This document shows positions 36,213 through 47,175 of a stretch of 64,000 nt of DNA, in pieces (the first letter of the stretch is position 1; each line of letters opens with the position of its first letter). Made by a program: the position numbers and the translations under genes. Source of the stretch: Bacteroidaceae bacterium (GTDB lineage Bacteria; Bacteroidota; Bacteroidia; Bacteroidales; Bacteroidaceae); assembly GCA_045629165.1 (NCBI GenBank), contig JAZQQQ010000056.1, positions 14,531 to 78,530 of the forward strand, written 5' to 3'. The notes below the pieces were generated by a model. That model made no database searches, had not been told where the DNA came from, and saw only the letters and a program-made list of their open reading frames with translations.

Positions 36213-36220
36213 CAAAAGTA
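36213..36220 (-). promoter_or_regulatory. Bacteroidota -7 box TACTTTTG for the T9SS-protein/sulfatase operon
   Basis: The plus strand reads CAAAAGTA, 28 nt upstream of the ATG at 36185. Confidence 0.4.
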
Positions 36221-36253
36221 GATGCCTGATTTCTGTCAGGTGTTATAAAATTG

Positions 36254-36306
36254 CTGTTAGATGTTAGAATGCAATGTGTTAGATGTTAGAAAATACCGTT
36301 TTCTAA
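36254..36306 (-). promoter_or_regulatory. Two 15-bp direct repeats with 22-bp phasing, overlapping a 9-bp-stem hairpin, between the AraC gene and the sulfatase operon promoter
   Basis: TGTTAGATGTTAGAA occurs at 36254-36268 and 36276-36290. The hairpin GTTAGAAAA-taccg-TTTTCTAAC is at 36284-36306, just downstream of the AraC stop (36323). Confidence 0.5.
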
Positions 36307-36322
36307 CAGTCAATGGCAGATA

Positions 36323-37453
36323 TCACATTTGCTGTGACTCCTTCCACTCGTTTGGAGTCATGCCGGTAGTGGCTTTGAATTTCTGCTGCATCCAGCTGCG
36401 TGAAGAGAATCCACATTCAATTGATATGGTCTCGTTGTTATAACTTGTAGTCAGAAGCATTCTCTTGGCCTCTTCTATGCGGATGTTTGACAGCCAGACA
36501 CGGAAAGTCTGCCCCTTTTGTTCTGTCAGGTATTGTGTAAAGATCCCCTTGGATATGCCTAATCTTCTGGCAACGACCGATGCTGTCAGGTTCTGGTCAT
36601 TGTATCCGTGGTCATGGACGAACTGTGCAATTGCGGTTTCAATTGATCTGATATCATTGGAATCGATCTTGTCCTGTGGGCGGCCAATGCTGTCATCCTT
36701 GCCTTCCCAAATGTATGAATGCTGACTGTCTTCTGGTTCTTCATCAATCATTTCTGTAACTTGGTTCTGGCTGAAGCCCAGTGCAATGAAGCTGAAGACA
36801 TAGAATAGAATTGCAACCAGGAAGATTGGGCCAATGAAAATCAGCAGCTTTGAAGAGAATATGATGGCAGGCAGAAGGAATGCTACAGTGAAAAGCAGGA
36901 ACGTACCGGTCGTCATATACATGTTGTAGTTGCTTAGGTCACTGGCAGTCTCTGCTTCAATCTGGTTCCTGCGCTTGCGTATCTCTCTGGCCGGATAGAC
37001 TATGAAGAAAACTACTGTTGCCATGAATAGGCCAGCCATGGTGTAGAGGGCGTTTGGCATGTGCAGGCTGTGGTATGAGAACCATCCAAGAATGAAGGTC
37101 GTCATTATGGCCAGGAAACTGCATGAACTCAGGATTATGTATAACCTGTTTTTTTGGCTGATTCCGGCCATACTGAGTGTCACGTATGAGATGATATAGA
37201 CTACCGGAGAGTAGAATATAATGTTGATTAGGGCACCAACGTCATCACCTTTTGCACGTAGCCCGCAGTGAATCTGCAGCTGGTAGTGCAGGGCGTAGAG
37301 TGACATTGCAATGAACAGCATCCAGCGTGACCTCTCGTAACTGCGGCTAAGGCGCTGTGTATGTATGCGTGAAAATACCAACAGCAGGGCCATTATGACC
37401 GATGCTGTGAAACTGATATACTGTAGTCCTAGGATTATTGACGTGGTTTCCAT
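36323..37453 (-). CDS. AraC-family transcriptional regulator with a polytopic N-terminal membrane domain
   Basis: About 230 aa with ~6-7 hydrophobic helices, then a C-terminal AraC HTH (IFTQYLTEQKGQTFRVWLSNIRIEEAKRMLLTT..ISIECGFSSRSWMQQKFKATTGMTPNEW). Confidence 0.75.
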   Translation of the reverse strand: METTSIILGLQYISFTASVIMALLLVFSRIHTQRLSRSYERSRWMLFIAMSLYALHYQLQIHCGLRAKGDDVGALINIIFYSPVVYIISYVTLSMAGISQKNRLYIILSSCSFLAIMTTFILGWFSYHSLHMPNALYTMAGLFMATVVFFIVYPAREIRKRRNQIEAETASDLSNYNMYMTTGTFLLFTVAFLLPAIIFSSKLLIFIGPIFLVAILFYVFSFIALGFSQNQVTEMIDEEPEDSQHSYIWEGKDDSIGRPQDKIDSNDIRSIETAIAQFVHDHGYNDQNLTASVVARRLGISKGIFTQYLTEQKGQTFRVWLSNIRIEEAKRMLLTTSYNNETISIECGFSSRSWMQQKFKATTGMTPNEWKESQQM

Positions 37454-37499
37454 TACTGACTGGTCTCCTGGGGGGTGGCTGAGGGATTGAATATTCTGG

Positions 37500-38255
37500 T
37501 TATCTTATGAAATTGGTGAACTGGCCTCGCTCTCTCTCTGGGAACTCAGCCTTGCCTGTAGCGAACTGCTTGAGCATGTAGGCCATGTTGTCTGCCAGGG
37601 TGCGCATGGTCTGCAGACCTTCGGCATCCTGTGATACCTGACCCGGAGCAGAGCCGTAGGCAATGATCCAGTACTGCGACGTGACAATAGGCATGTTAAG
37701 CATCTGGAATGGCATCTGGAGCGTCTGGAATGCTGCGCTTGCACCGCCACGGCGGCAGACGGCGATGCCTGCAGCCGGCTTGCCCTGCATGTAGGTGCCA
37801 CCTGCATAAGCCATGCGCTGCAGTATGGACAGCACGGCACCGTTCGGCTGGCCGTAATAGACCGGAGAACCGACAATGACGGCATCGGACTGCTTCATGG
37901 CATCAATCAGCTGATTGCAGATGTCGTCGTCAAATACGCAGTGATGCTCGGCATTCTGATGGCATGAACCACATGCGGAGCAACCGTGTATAGCCCTACC
38001 TCCTATATTCACAATCTCACTTCTTATTCCGTTCTTTTCAAGTTGTGCTGCAACTTCTCTGAGAAGAGTTGCCGTGTTTCCGTTTGGGCGCGGACTGCCA
38101 TTTATCAGGAGTACTGTCATGTCTTTGATTGTTTTTGCTGTTGGGGTACATGCGGCAAGTGCTTCGACGCCGCTGGTTGCTATCGCTGTTGACGCTGCTA
38201 TCATGCCCATCTTCTTCAGGGCATCGCGCCTGGTCATATTGTCTTTTGTTTCCAT
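37500..38255 (-). CDS. Flavodoxin-fold FMN reductase / iron-sulfur flavoprotein-like protein with a twin-arginine signal and lipobox
   Basis: TAT motif TRRDALKKMGMIAAS and possible lipobox LAAC. MTVLLINGSPRPNGNT is the NADPH-dependent FMN reductase fold. The compact Cys motif is CSACGSCHQNAEHHC (C-x2-C-x2-C-x7-C). Confidence 0.65.
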   Translation of the reverse strand: METKDNMTRRDALKKMGMIAASTAIATSGVEALAACTPTAKTIKDMTVLLINGSPRPNGNTATLLREVAAQLEKNGIRSEIVNIGGRAIHGCSACGSCHQNAEHHCVFDDDICNQLIDAMKQSDAVIVGSPVYYGQPNGAVLSILQRMAYAGGTYMQGKPAAGIAVCRRGGASAAFQTLQMPFQMLNMPIVTSQYWIIAYGSAPGQVSQDAEGLQTMRTLADNMAYMLKQFATGKAEFPERERGQFTNFIR

Positions 38256-38311
38256 TCTTAGTTAAGGTCCTTACTTCGTTGATTTTTCTACCGTTGGCTC
38301 TTTCTGCTTTT

Positions 38312-39868
38312 TTATTTCAGTGAGCCTGTTGCGCGGAAGGCATCAAGTTTCTTGAAGTTGTACTTGTTGATGATCTCTTCAAGGCCACGGTCAAAGTTGT
38401 TGCGGACCTCAATTTCTGGTCCGAACATAAAGCATTCTCCGTTCTGTGCAGTGTATGGATGCCACTCGGGAAGGCCCTCTACGTTAGGATTGCCTGTGTG
38501 TGCAAAGTTTGCCCAGGACTGTGCCATGCGGTCAGCCAGCCTAAGGTCTGACTCGCTTGGGTTCGGCAGGTCACGGCCGGCCAGGTGCAGTGTGTTGAAG
38601 CAGAAGTTCAGCTCAGCGCCATGGGCTGAAACACCGTTCAGCGGGGACTTCCATGTGAACATGTAGTTATAGACCGGAGCGCTCTTTGAGGCCGATGCGG
38701 CATCGGCAGTTATGATGGTCTTAGGCCTGAACATGTTGTCAATTGATGGCAGGTCCTGGGGAACGTAGTCCGGCCATGCCTTGGCAAGCTCTGCTGCAAA
38801 TGCCTCGGTGTCATCGCCATAGACTGACTGGACTGATGCCTTGGCGGCTTCAAGGTCCATTTCACGGCCGTACTGACCACGGACAAGTTCGTTGAATGTG
38901 GTGCCTATGATAAGAGGTATGTCTGCCGATATGCTGGCAAAATCAGGCTGGAACGGCTGCTGAAGCAGTACTTCTCCGTCTGGCGTAGGTCCGAATCCCC
39001 ACATCATTGGAGTGCCCGGCGTACGTGTGCCGATGCTTGCAGCAAGTGCACGCTGGCCTGCCTGATACAGCTTGTCATATGGAACGTCCTTGATACGGTC
39101 AACTTCACTTGCAGGAATGCCCAGCTGGTCAAGTACAGCCAGTCCCAGTTCTTCGGTCATGGCCTTGTTGTTGACATTCAGTATGGTTCCGCTCATTATG
39201 ATGGCCTTGTGATAGAGTCCCTGCGCAGCCGGCATGCACATGAGCGTGCCAACCTTGCCGCCACCACCCGATTCTCCGAATACTGTGACATTGTCAGGGT
39301 CGCCGCCGAACTTGCTGATGTTGTCACGCACCCACTCAAGAGCCGCAACCACATCCATCATTCCCACGTTGCCGGAATACTTGTATTTAGGATTGCCTGT
39401 TGCTGAAAGGTCAAGGAAACCTACAATGTTCAGCCTATGGTTAAGGCTTACAACAACCACGTCCTTCTTGGCCAGACCCATGCCCGGGTTCCATGCCGAT
39501 GTTCCGGAATCAAATCCGCCGCCGTGGCACCAGAACATGACAGGCTTCTTGCCCTTGGTGTCAGTTGTCCATACATTCAGCACGCAGCATTCCTCTGAGC
39601 TTCCGTCCTGTATGCGTCCGCCCTGAAGGGACTGAGGTCCCCACTCGCTGCAAACCATCACAGTGTCCCACTTGTCAACCGGCTGCGGTGGCATGCACCT
39701 TTCTGCCTTTGCGTATGGAATACCCTTGAAGGCCATGGTGCCCTCCTCTTCAAATCCCTTTACCTTACCGTTTGTGGTACTGATTACAAAAGGGTCAGCC
39801 TGGCAGCTCATGAACATTGCTGCTGCAAACAAGGCCGATGCAATTCTGGTAAATATATTCTGATTCAT
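38312..39868 (-). CDS. Type B carboxylesterase/lipase family protein (secreted)
   Basis: Signal peptide present. Oxyanion-hole region WCHGGGFDSG and nucleophile elbow FGESGGG. Confidence 0.8.
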   Translation of the reverse strand: MNQNIFTRIASALFAAAMFMSCQADPFVISTTNGKVKGFEEEGTMAFKGIPYAKAERCMPPQPVDKWDTVMVCSEWGPQSLQGGRIQDGSSEECCVLNVWTTDTKGKKPVMFWCHGGGFDSGTSAWNPGMGLAKKDVVVVSLNHRLNIVGFLDLSATGNPKYKYSGNVGMMDVVAALEWVRDNISKFGGDPDNVTVFGESGGGGKVGTLMCMPAAQGLYHKAIIMSGTILNVNNKAMTEELGLAVLDQLGIPASEVDRIKDVPYDKLYQAGQRALAASIGTRTPGTPMMWGFGPTPDGEVLLQQPFQPDFASISADIPLIIGTTFNELVRGQYGREMDLEAAKASVQSVYGDDTEAFAAELAKAWPDYVPQDLPSIDNMFRPKTIITADAASASKSAPVYNYMFTWKSPLNGVSAHGAELNFCFNTLHLAGRDLPNPSESDLRLADRMAQSWANFAHTGNPNVEGLPEWHPYTAQNGECFMFGPEIEVRNNFDRGLEEIINKYNFKKLDAFRATGSLK

Positions 39869-39892
39869 TCGTAGTTGTAAATTTCTTTATCA

Positions 39893-39900
39893 CAAAGATA
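39893..39900 (-). promoter_or_regulatory. Bacteroidota -7 box TATCTTTG for the carboxylesterase gene
   Basis: The plus strand reads CAAAGATA, 25 nt upstream of the ATG at 39868. Confidence 0.4.
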
Positions 39901-39932
39901 TGAAATTGTATGCCGTCAAGTGACAAAATGGG

Positions 39933-39968
39933 CAAAAAAAAGCAAAGGTCCCTTTTGGGGACCCTTGC
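39933..39968 (-). terminator. Intrinsic terminator downstream of the GH10-esterase gene
   Basis: The minus strand reads GCAAGGGTCCCCAAAAGGGACCTTTGC followed by TTTTTTTT. Confidence 0.65.
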
Positions 39969-39994
39969 ATGGCTTTTCATGAATGTGTGCCTGA

Positions 39995-42169
<2,175 letters not shown>

Positions 42170-42181
42170 CTATATCCTTTG

Positions 42182-42189
42182 CAAATATA
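42182..42189 (-). promoter_or_regulatory. Bacteroidota -7 box TATATTTG for the GH10-esterase gene
   Basis: The plus strand reads CAAATATA, 76 nt upstream of the ATG at 42106. Confidence 0.35.
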
Positions 42190-42271
42190 AAGTAATATTC
42201 AAAAGAACCAATATTAATAAAAAATAAAAACTTATACCTTTTATTAGTCAGATAGTAGTTACCGGCATTTA

Positions 42272-42463
42272 TTACCAGTATTTTTTCTGCTGCTCAGAGT
42301 ATTCAAATCCCTGTGATTGCATCTTTGCATCAAGTTCATCCTTTGTTATACCGAAGTGTTCACATAACTCTTCAATTGTATCGAATTCGTTGTCTCTGAG
42401 CAGTGTATTCACTACCGAGAGGAGCATTGGTACGTCGTTAAGTGGAAGATTGTCCATGTCCAA
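42272..42463 (-). CDS. DUF4250 domain-containing protein (63 aa)
   Basis: MLLSVVNTLLRDNEFDTIEELCEHFGITKDELDAKMQSQGFEY matches my memory of the DUF4250 family pattern. Confidence 0.6.
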   Translation of the reverse strand: MDMDNLPLNDVPMLLSVVNTLLRDNEFDTIEELCEHFGITKDELDAKMQSQGFEYSEQQKKYW

Positions 42464-42484
42464 AATGTATTTCTGTTATTTTTT

Positions 42485-43507
42485 TTATTCCATGACCTCA
42501 GCCCTTGCCTTTTCCTGGGCTGCAATTATGCGATCGCACCATGCATCGAATTCAGGGTCTTCTACCTGGAGTTCAGGGTGTGACAGCATGTGCTGTACTG
42601 TCATGCGTGAACCCTGGTCAAAACGGGTCGTGGCAACGAACTCAGGTACAGCTCTCTTCAGTTTGGAGTTGTCAAATATCACCGTATTGGCCTTGTCTCC
42701 AATCAGGTTTCCCTCCATGTCGAACTTGCTTCCGACAGCTGCTATGAAGTCCGATGCCACATGGTATGGCTTCAATTCTACGCCAAGTGCGCTGGCTACA
42801 CATTCATAAATCTGGTTCCAGGTCAGGTTTTCGTCACCTGTTATGTGGAATGTTTCGCCTATGGCATGCTTATTGCCCATCAGTCCTACGAATGCCTTGG
42901 CAAAATCGCTGTTGTGCGTAACTGTCCACAGTGTGGTTCCGTCGCCGGGAATAATTACCGGCTTGCCCTCAAGCATGCGCCTCAGGACCTGCCAGCAGCC
43001 CTTCGTGCCGTGTATGGCTACAGGCACGCCGCGCTCACAGTATGTATGGCTTGGACGTATGATTGTTATGGGGAACCCGTTCTGGCGGTATTCATTCACA
43101 AGCAGTTCCTCACACGCAATCTTGTTGCGCGAATATTCCCAGTAAGGATTGCTCAGCGGAGTTCCCTCAGTAATATAAGGTGATGACAATGGCTTCTGGT
43201 AGGCCGATGCTGAGCTTATGTACATGTACTGTCTGGTACGTCCCTTGAAGAGCCTTATGTCACGTTCAACCTGGCTGGTCACGAATCCTATGAAATCGCA
43301 GACAACATCGAACTGCATGCCTTCTATGAGCCTGCTGACTGATTCCTCGTCATTGATGTCGGCAATCAGGGTGTGTACGCCAGAAGGTACTTCGTCAATG
43401 TGGTTACCCCTGTTCAGCAGATACAGTTCCCACCCATCGGTTTGGCTTACAAGACGCGTAATGGCAGTACTTATGGTTCCGGTTCCTCCAATAAAGAGTG
43501 CTTTCAT
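42485..43507 (-). CDS. NAD-dependent epimerase/dehydratase (extended SDR) family protein
   Basis: N-terminal Rossmann motif MKALFIGGTGTIS. 340 aa. Confidence 0.75.
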   Translation of the reverse strand: MKALFIGGTGTISTAITRLVSQTDGWELYLLNRGNHIDEVPSGVHTLIADINDEESVSRLIEGMQFDVVCDFIGFVTSQVERDIRLFKGRTRQYMYISSASAYQKPLSSPYITEGTPLSNPYWEYSRNKIACEELLVNEYRQNGFPITIIRPSHTYCERGVPVAIHGTKGCWQVLRRMLEGKPVIIPGDGTTLWTVTHNSDFAKAFVGLMGNKHAIGETFHITGDENLTWNQIYECVASALGVELKPYHVASDFIAAVGSKFDMEGNLIGDKANTVIFDNSKLKRAVPEFVATTRFDQGSRMTVQHMLSHPELQVEDPEFDAWCDRIIAAQEKARAEVME

Positions 43508-43541
43508 TTAGTTTGTATTGATTATGATTAGTGAACTGCCC

Positions 43542-43549
43542 CAAATTTA
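43542..43549 (-). promoter_or_regulatory. Bacteroidota -7 box TAAATTTG for the epimerase-DUF4250 unit
   Basis: The plus strand reads CAAATTTA, 35 nt upstream of the ATG at 43507. Confidence 0.4.
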
Positions 43550-43630
43550 GTTATAGTTTAATAGCTATCCTTGCTTGACTATTCAGTTTTTTGTTTTTTA
43601 ATTTGCGTTATGATTTCGAAATAAAACTTT

Positions 43631-44371
43631 ATGAATAGGTCTTTTTTCAATTCCCGCATGTTCTCCCGACTTGCCTGTGCTTTCTCGGTATGTATGCTAA
43701 CCTCTTGTGGCAGTGTACTTTACATGCCTCCAATGCCAAGTGTTCCCCTTCTTGAGGAAAAGGGCGATGTCAGAGTTGACGCAAAGCTTGAATTACCCAC
43801 AACTCTACTTCCCTTCGCCATTGATGCCGATGCAGGCTATGCAGTAAGCGAACACGTAGGCATAACCGCTTCAGGACAGTATGTCAGCAATGATTTCAAT
43901 TACTTCCAGGCTGGAGCCGGCTACCATACACGCATGAAAGGCAAACAGATTATGGAATCATATGTAACAGCCGGCAAGGGACTGCAGGTAAACCGCCCCG
44001 ATAATTCGGGAAGCGGCGGACAGCTTGCCGACAAGGAGTATACCAGGTTTGATTACGGACAGTACTGCATTCAGGTAAACTACGGCCTTGCCAACCTGAC
44101 AAAAGCGAATATTGACCTTGGCCTGTCACTCCGTGGCGGATTAATGTCATACAGGCTATATGGAACAACTGACGAAATAGAAAAAGTAAACATGCGCAGG
44201 AATGTGCCGATAGCTGAACCGATGGCATTTTTCCGCATTGGAAGCAAACCGGTCAAATTCCAGATAGAAGTAGCATATTCCACATTCAGCAAATATGTAG
44301 AAAACAATAATGTTCCACGCATAATCAATTCTCCGGTAAGTGCCACTTGTGGCCTGAGCTTTAATTTTTAA
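43631..44371 (+). CDS. Hypothetical lipoprotein (246 aa), possibly a beta-barrel
   Basis: Lipobox MLTSC. Has an alternating-polarity, Tyr/Gly-rich sequence and ends in an aromatic residue (..GLSFNF). Confidence 0.5.
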   Translation: MNRSFFNSRMFSRLACAFSVCMLTSCGSVLYMPPMPSVPLLEEKGDVRVDAKLELPTTLLPFAIDADAGYAVSEHVGITASGQYVSNDFNYFQAGAGYHTRMKGKQIMESYVTAGKGLQVNRPDNSGSGGQLADKEYTRFDYGQYCIQVNYGLANLTKANIDLGLSLRGGLMSYRLYGTTDEIEKVNMRRNVPIAEPMAFFRIGSKPVKFQIEVAYSTFSKYVENNNVPRIINSPVSATCGLSFNF

Positions 44372-44392
44372 TAATACTTAAAACCCTGTAGA

Positions 44393-44421
44393 AACAGCTC
44401 CGCCATACGGGGCTGTTTTTG
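44393..44421 (+). terminator. Intrinsic terminator
   Basis: AACAGCTCCG..CGGGGCTGTT stem followed by TTTTTG. Confidence 0.6.
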
Positions 44422-44431
44422 TTATTTGCCC

Positions 44432-44439
44432 TAAATTTG
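44432..44439 (+). promoter_or_regulatory. Bacteroidota -7 box TAAATTTG for the GH9 gene
   Basis: 34 nt upstream of the ATG at 44473. Confidence 0.4.
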
Positions 44440-44472
44440 GCGCTTTGGGAATCAACATCATAAATAATTTAT

Positions 44473-47019
44473 ATGAAGAAAATTGCATCATTGATGTTTC
44501 TTGGAATGCTTGTTGCCGGTACCGCAAGTGCCCAGACATTCAGGCTGAACGAGAAAGGCTATTATGAAGAAGGTGGCGTAAATGTCATTTTCTTCCAGGA
44601 TTACTATCCTGAAGGACACCAGAGCGGTGTCAGTGTGATCATGAACGGAAACCGTGTGGCAACCAACGGTGACCTGCGCCTTGAGGCAACTCCCGGCCAG
44701 TGGCAGCCGCTTCCAAAACAGGGAAGGAAAGTAACAGAAGGCAACTCCATTACCCAGTATATGTCATACCCTGACTCAACAAAGCACGAGACAGGCTTCA
44801 ACCCTATGCTCTACCCTGACCTTCAGCTGAAGTATTCAGTACGCATTGAAGGAACTGACGGAGGTGTACTGGTAACCGTTGACCTGGACCAGCCGGTACC
44901 TGAAGAGTATCTGGGAAAGGTAGGTTTCAATTTTGAGTTCTTCCCTGGCAGCCTGTTCGGCAAGCCTTGGATAATGGATGACCAGGTTGGCATTTACCCG
45001 CAGCAGCCAAACAGCCCGCTGGAAATCACAAAGTCAAACCTTGACCACATTGGAAACTATCACCTGAACGGCCGTTCAATCATTGACCGTGAGCATTTCC
45101 TTGGTGACCCTGACGTGTTCAACCCTATCAAGGCCGATGACATTATTGCCCTTCCATACGCAGTTGGCCGCACATTTACATCACGTCCCGATGACAACCT
45201 GAACAGGCTTACAGTCCAGGCCCTGACCGATACTGACCTCAAGCTCTACGACGGCCGCCTGAACCACAACAACGGTTGGTTCGTACTCCGATCTGAGGTA
45301 CCTGCAGGCGCAACCAAGGGAGCCATCAAATGGCTTATCAAGCCAACCGTTACCAAGGAGTGGATGTACAAGCCAGTTGTCCAGACATCGCAGGTAGGCT
45401 ACATGCCTGGCCAGAGAAAGGTTGCAATCATTGAGCTTGACTCACGTGACAAGGCTCAGTCAACTGCCAGGCTCTATAAGTTTACAGCCAATGGCGAACA
45501 GCTTGTCAAGACAATCGAGACAACATCATGGGGCTCATTCCTGCGTTACAACTATCTGCAGGCCGATTTCACCGACATCAAGGAAGAGGGTCTCTACCAG
45601 GTCCGCTATGCTGACAGCGAATCTCCAGTATTCAGCATAGGCCAGAATGTTTATGACCGTGGCGTATGGCAGCCTGTTATCGAGTACTTTCTGCCAGTAC
45701 AGATGTGCCACATGCGTGTTAATGAGAAATACAAGGTATGGCACGACGCATGTCACATGGATGACGCACAGATGGCATCGGCCTACAACCTTTTCGACGG
45801 CTATGACCAGAAGCCTGGCATTTCAAAGTACAATGCTGGCGATCTGGTGCCTGGAGTAAACGTGGGCGGATGGCATGACGCAGGTGACTTTGACTTGAGA
45901 ATTGAGTCACAGGCCGGTGAAACCTACATTCTCTCACTTGCCTATGAGGCATTCAAGCCGGAAATCGATGCTACCGCAATTGATTTCAACAAGCATGTCT
46001 GCGAGATTCATCAGCCTGACGGAAAGAACGATATGATTCAGCAGGTTGAGAATGGTGCGCTGACTGTAATCAACACCTGGCTCGCACTGGGCAGGCCTTA
46101 CCGCGGAATCATTTGCAACAGCCTGCGCCAGTATGTTCACCTGGGCGACGCCGCTGCAATGACTGACGGAATCATTGGTAATGAAGATGACCGTTGGATT
46201 TTCACCGAAGACAATCCTGGACGTGCCGTATCGGCCGCTGCCGGAATGGCCGCTGCATACCGTGTCCTCAAGGGCCACAACGATACTCTGGCCGTTCACT
46301 GTCTTGACTTTGCAAAGGCCATATATAATGAGGTGACTGAAATGAACAAGACCTCACGCCGTCAGACAGGCCTGAACCAGCTTGCAGTTGAGCTCTACCT
46401 GGCAACTGAAGAGGCAGAATATCATGACTACCTTATAAACAACCAGGAAAGCATAATCCACGGCATTAACGGAAATGCCTGGTACATGGCAAGAGTAGCC
46501 AAGAAGTTTGAGAACCTGAAGAAGGACAAGAAAGCCAAGAAGTTTGCCGATGAGTTCAAGAAAGCACTTCCTGGCATGGTAGAGGGCATTCAGAGACAGG
46601 CAAGCGCTACACCTTACGGTGTTCCTTATACTCCTGATATCTGGGGTGCTGGCTGGAACATTCAGTCATTCGGATACCAGCAGTATTTCCTGGTTTCAGC
46701 ATATCCTGAAATATTCGACATCAATCCTCTACTCAGTGCCCTGAATTTCATACTGGGTTGCCATCCTGGCAGCAATCAGGCTTCATTCGCAGGTGGTGTT
46801 GGTGCTGAATCAGCAATCGTGGGCTATGGCCTGAACCGTGCAGACTGGAGCTACATACCTGGCGGTGTAATATCAGGTACTGCCATGATCCGTCCTGATT
46901 TCCCTGAACTGCTCACATGGCCATTCCTGTGGCAGCAGACTGAATATGTTCTTGGCGGTGGTTCAAGTCACTACATGTTCCTGGTTCTTGCCGCCCAGCA
47001 GCTTCTCGGAGGTAAGTAA
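44473..47019 (+). CDS. Glycoside hydrolase family 9 (endoglucanase-like) with an N-terminal Ig-like region
   Basis: Signal peptide present. GH9 signature GGWHDAGDFD. 848 aa. Confidence 0.8.
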   Translation: MKKIASLMFLGMLVAGTASAQTFRLNEKGYYEEGGVNVIFFQDYYPEGHQSGVSVIMNGNRVATNGDLRLEATPGQWQPLPKQGRKVTEGNSITQYMSYPDSTKHETGFNPMLYPDLQLKYSVRIEGTDGGVLVTVDLDQPVPEEYLGKVGFNFEFFPGSLFGKPWIMDDQVGIYPQQPNSPLEITKSNLDHIGNYHLNGRSIIDREHFLGDPDVFNPIKADDIIALPYAVGRTFTSRPDDNLNRLTVQALTDTDLKLYDGRLNHNNGWFVLRSEVPAGATKGAIKWLIKPTVTKEWMYKPVVQTSQVGYMPGQRKVAIIELDSRDKAQSTARLYKFTANGEQLVKTIETTSWGSFLRYNYLQADFTDIKEEGLYQVRYADSESPVFSIGQNVYDRGVWQPVIEYFLPVQMCHMRVNEKYKVWHDACHMDDAQMASAYNLFDGYDQKPGISKYNAGDLVPGVNVGGWHDAGDFDLRIESQAGETYILSLAYEAFKPEIDATAIDFNKHVCEIHQPDGKNDMIQQVENGALTVINTWLALGRPYRGIICNSLRQYVHLGDAAAMTDGIIGNEDDRWIFTEDNPGRAVSAAAGMAAAYRVLKGHNDTLAVHCLDFAKAIYNEVTEMNKTSRRQTGLNQLAVELYLATEEAEYHDYLINNQESIIHGINGNAWYMARVAKKFENLKKDKKAKKFADEFKKALPGMVEGIQRQASATPYGVPYTPDIWGAGWNIQSFGYQQYFLVSAYPEIFDINPLLSALNFILGCHPGSNQASFAGGVGAESAIVGYGLNRADWSYIPGGVISGTAMIRPDFPELLTWPFLWQQTEYVLGGGSSHYMFLVLAAQQLLGGK

Positions 47020-47039
47020 GAACACCCCCTAAATTTTAA

Positions 47040-47079
47040 AATCGTGCCTAATGTCTGTCATTATGCACGATTTTTTTTG
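47040..47079 (+). terminator. Intrinsic terminator after the GH9 gene
   Basis: Stem AATCGTGC / GCACGATT with an inner TAATG / CATTA extension, followed by TTTTTTTT. Confidence 0.7.
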
Positions 47080-47108
47080 TTTTTCATTGTCATTCCAAGC
47101 AAATGACA

Positions 47109-47116
47109 TAATTTTG
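47109..47116 (+). promoter_or_regulatory. Bacteroidota -7 box TAATTTTG
   Basis: 60 nt upstream of the ATG at 47176. Confidence 0.35.
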
Positions 47117-47175
47117 TAACGCCTGTTTTGAAACGGGTGTTGTGAAATAATTGTTTTATCTTAATACCATTTATT

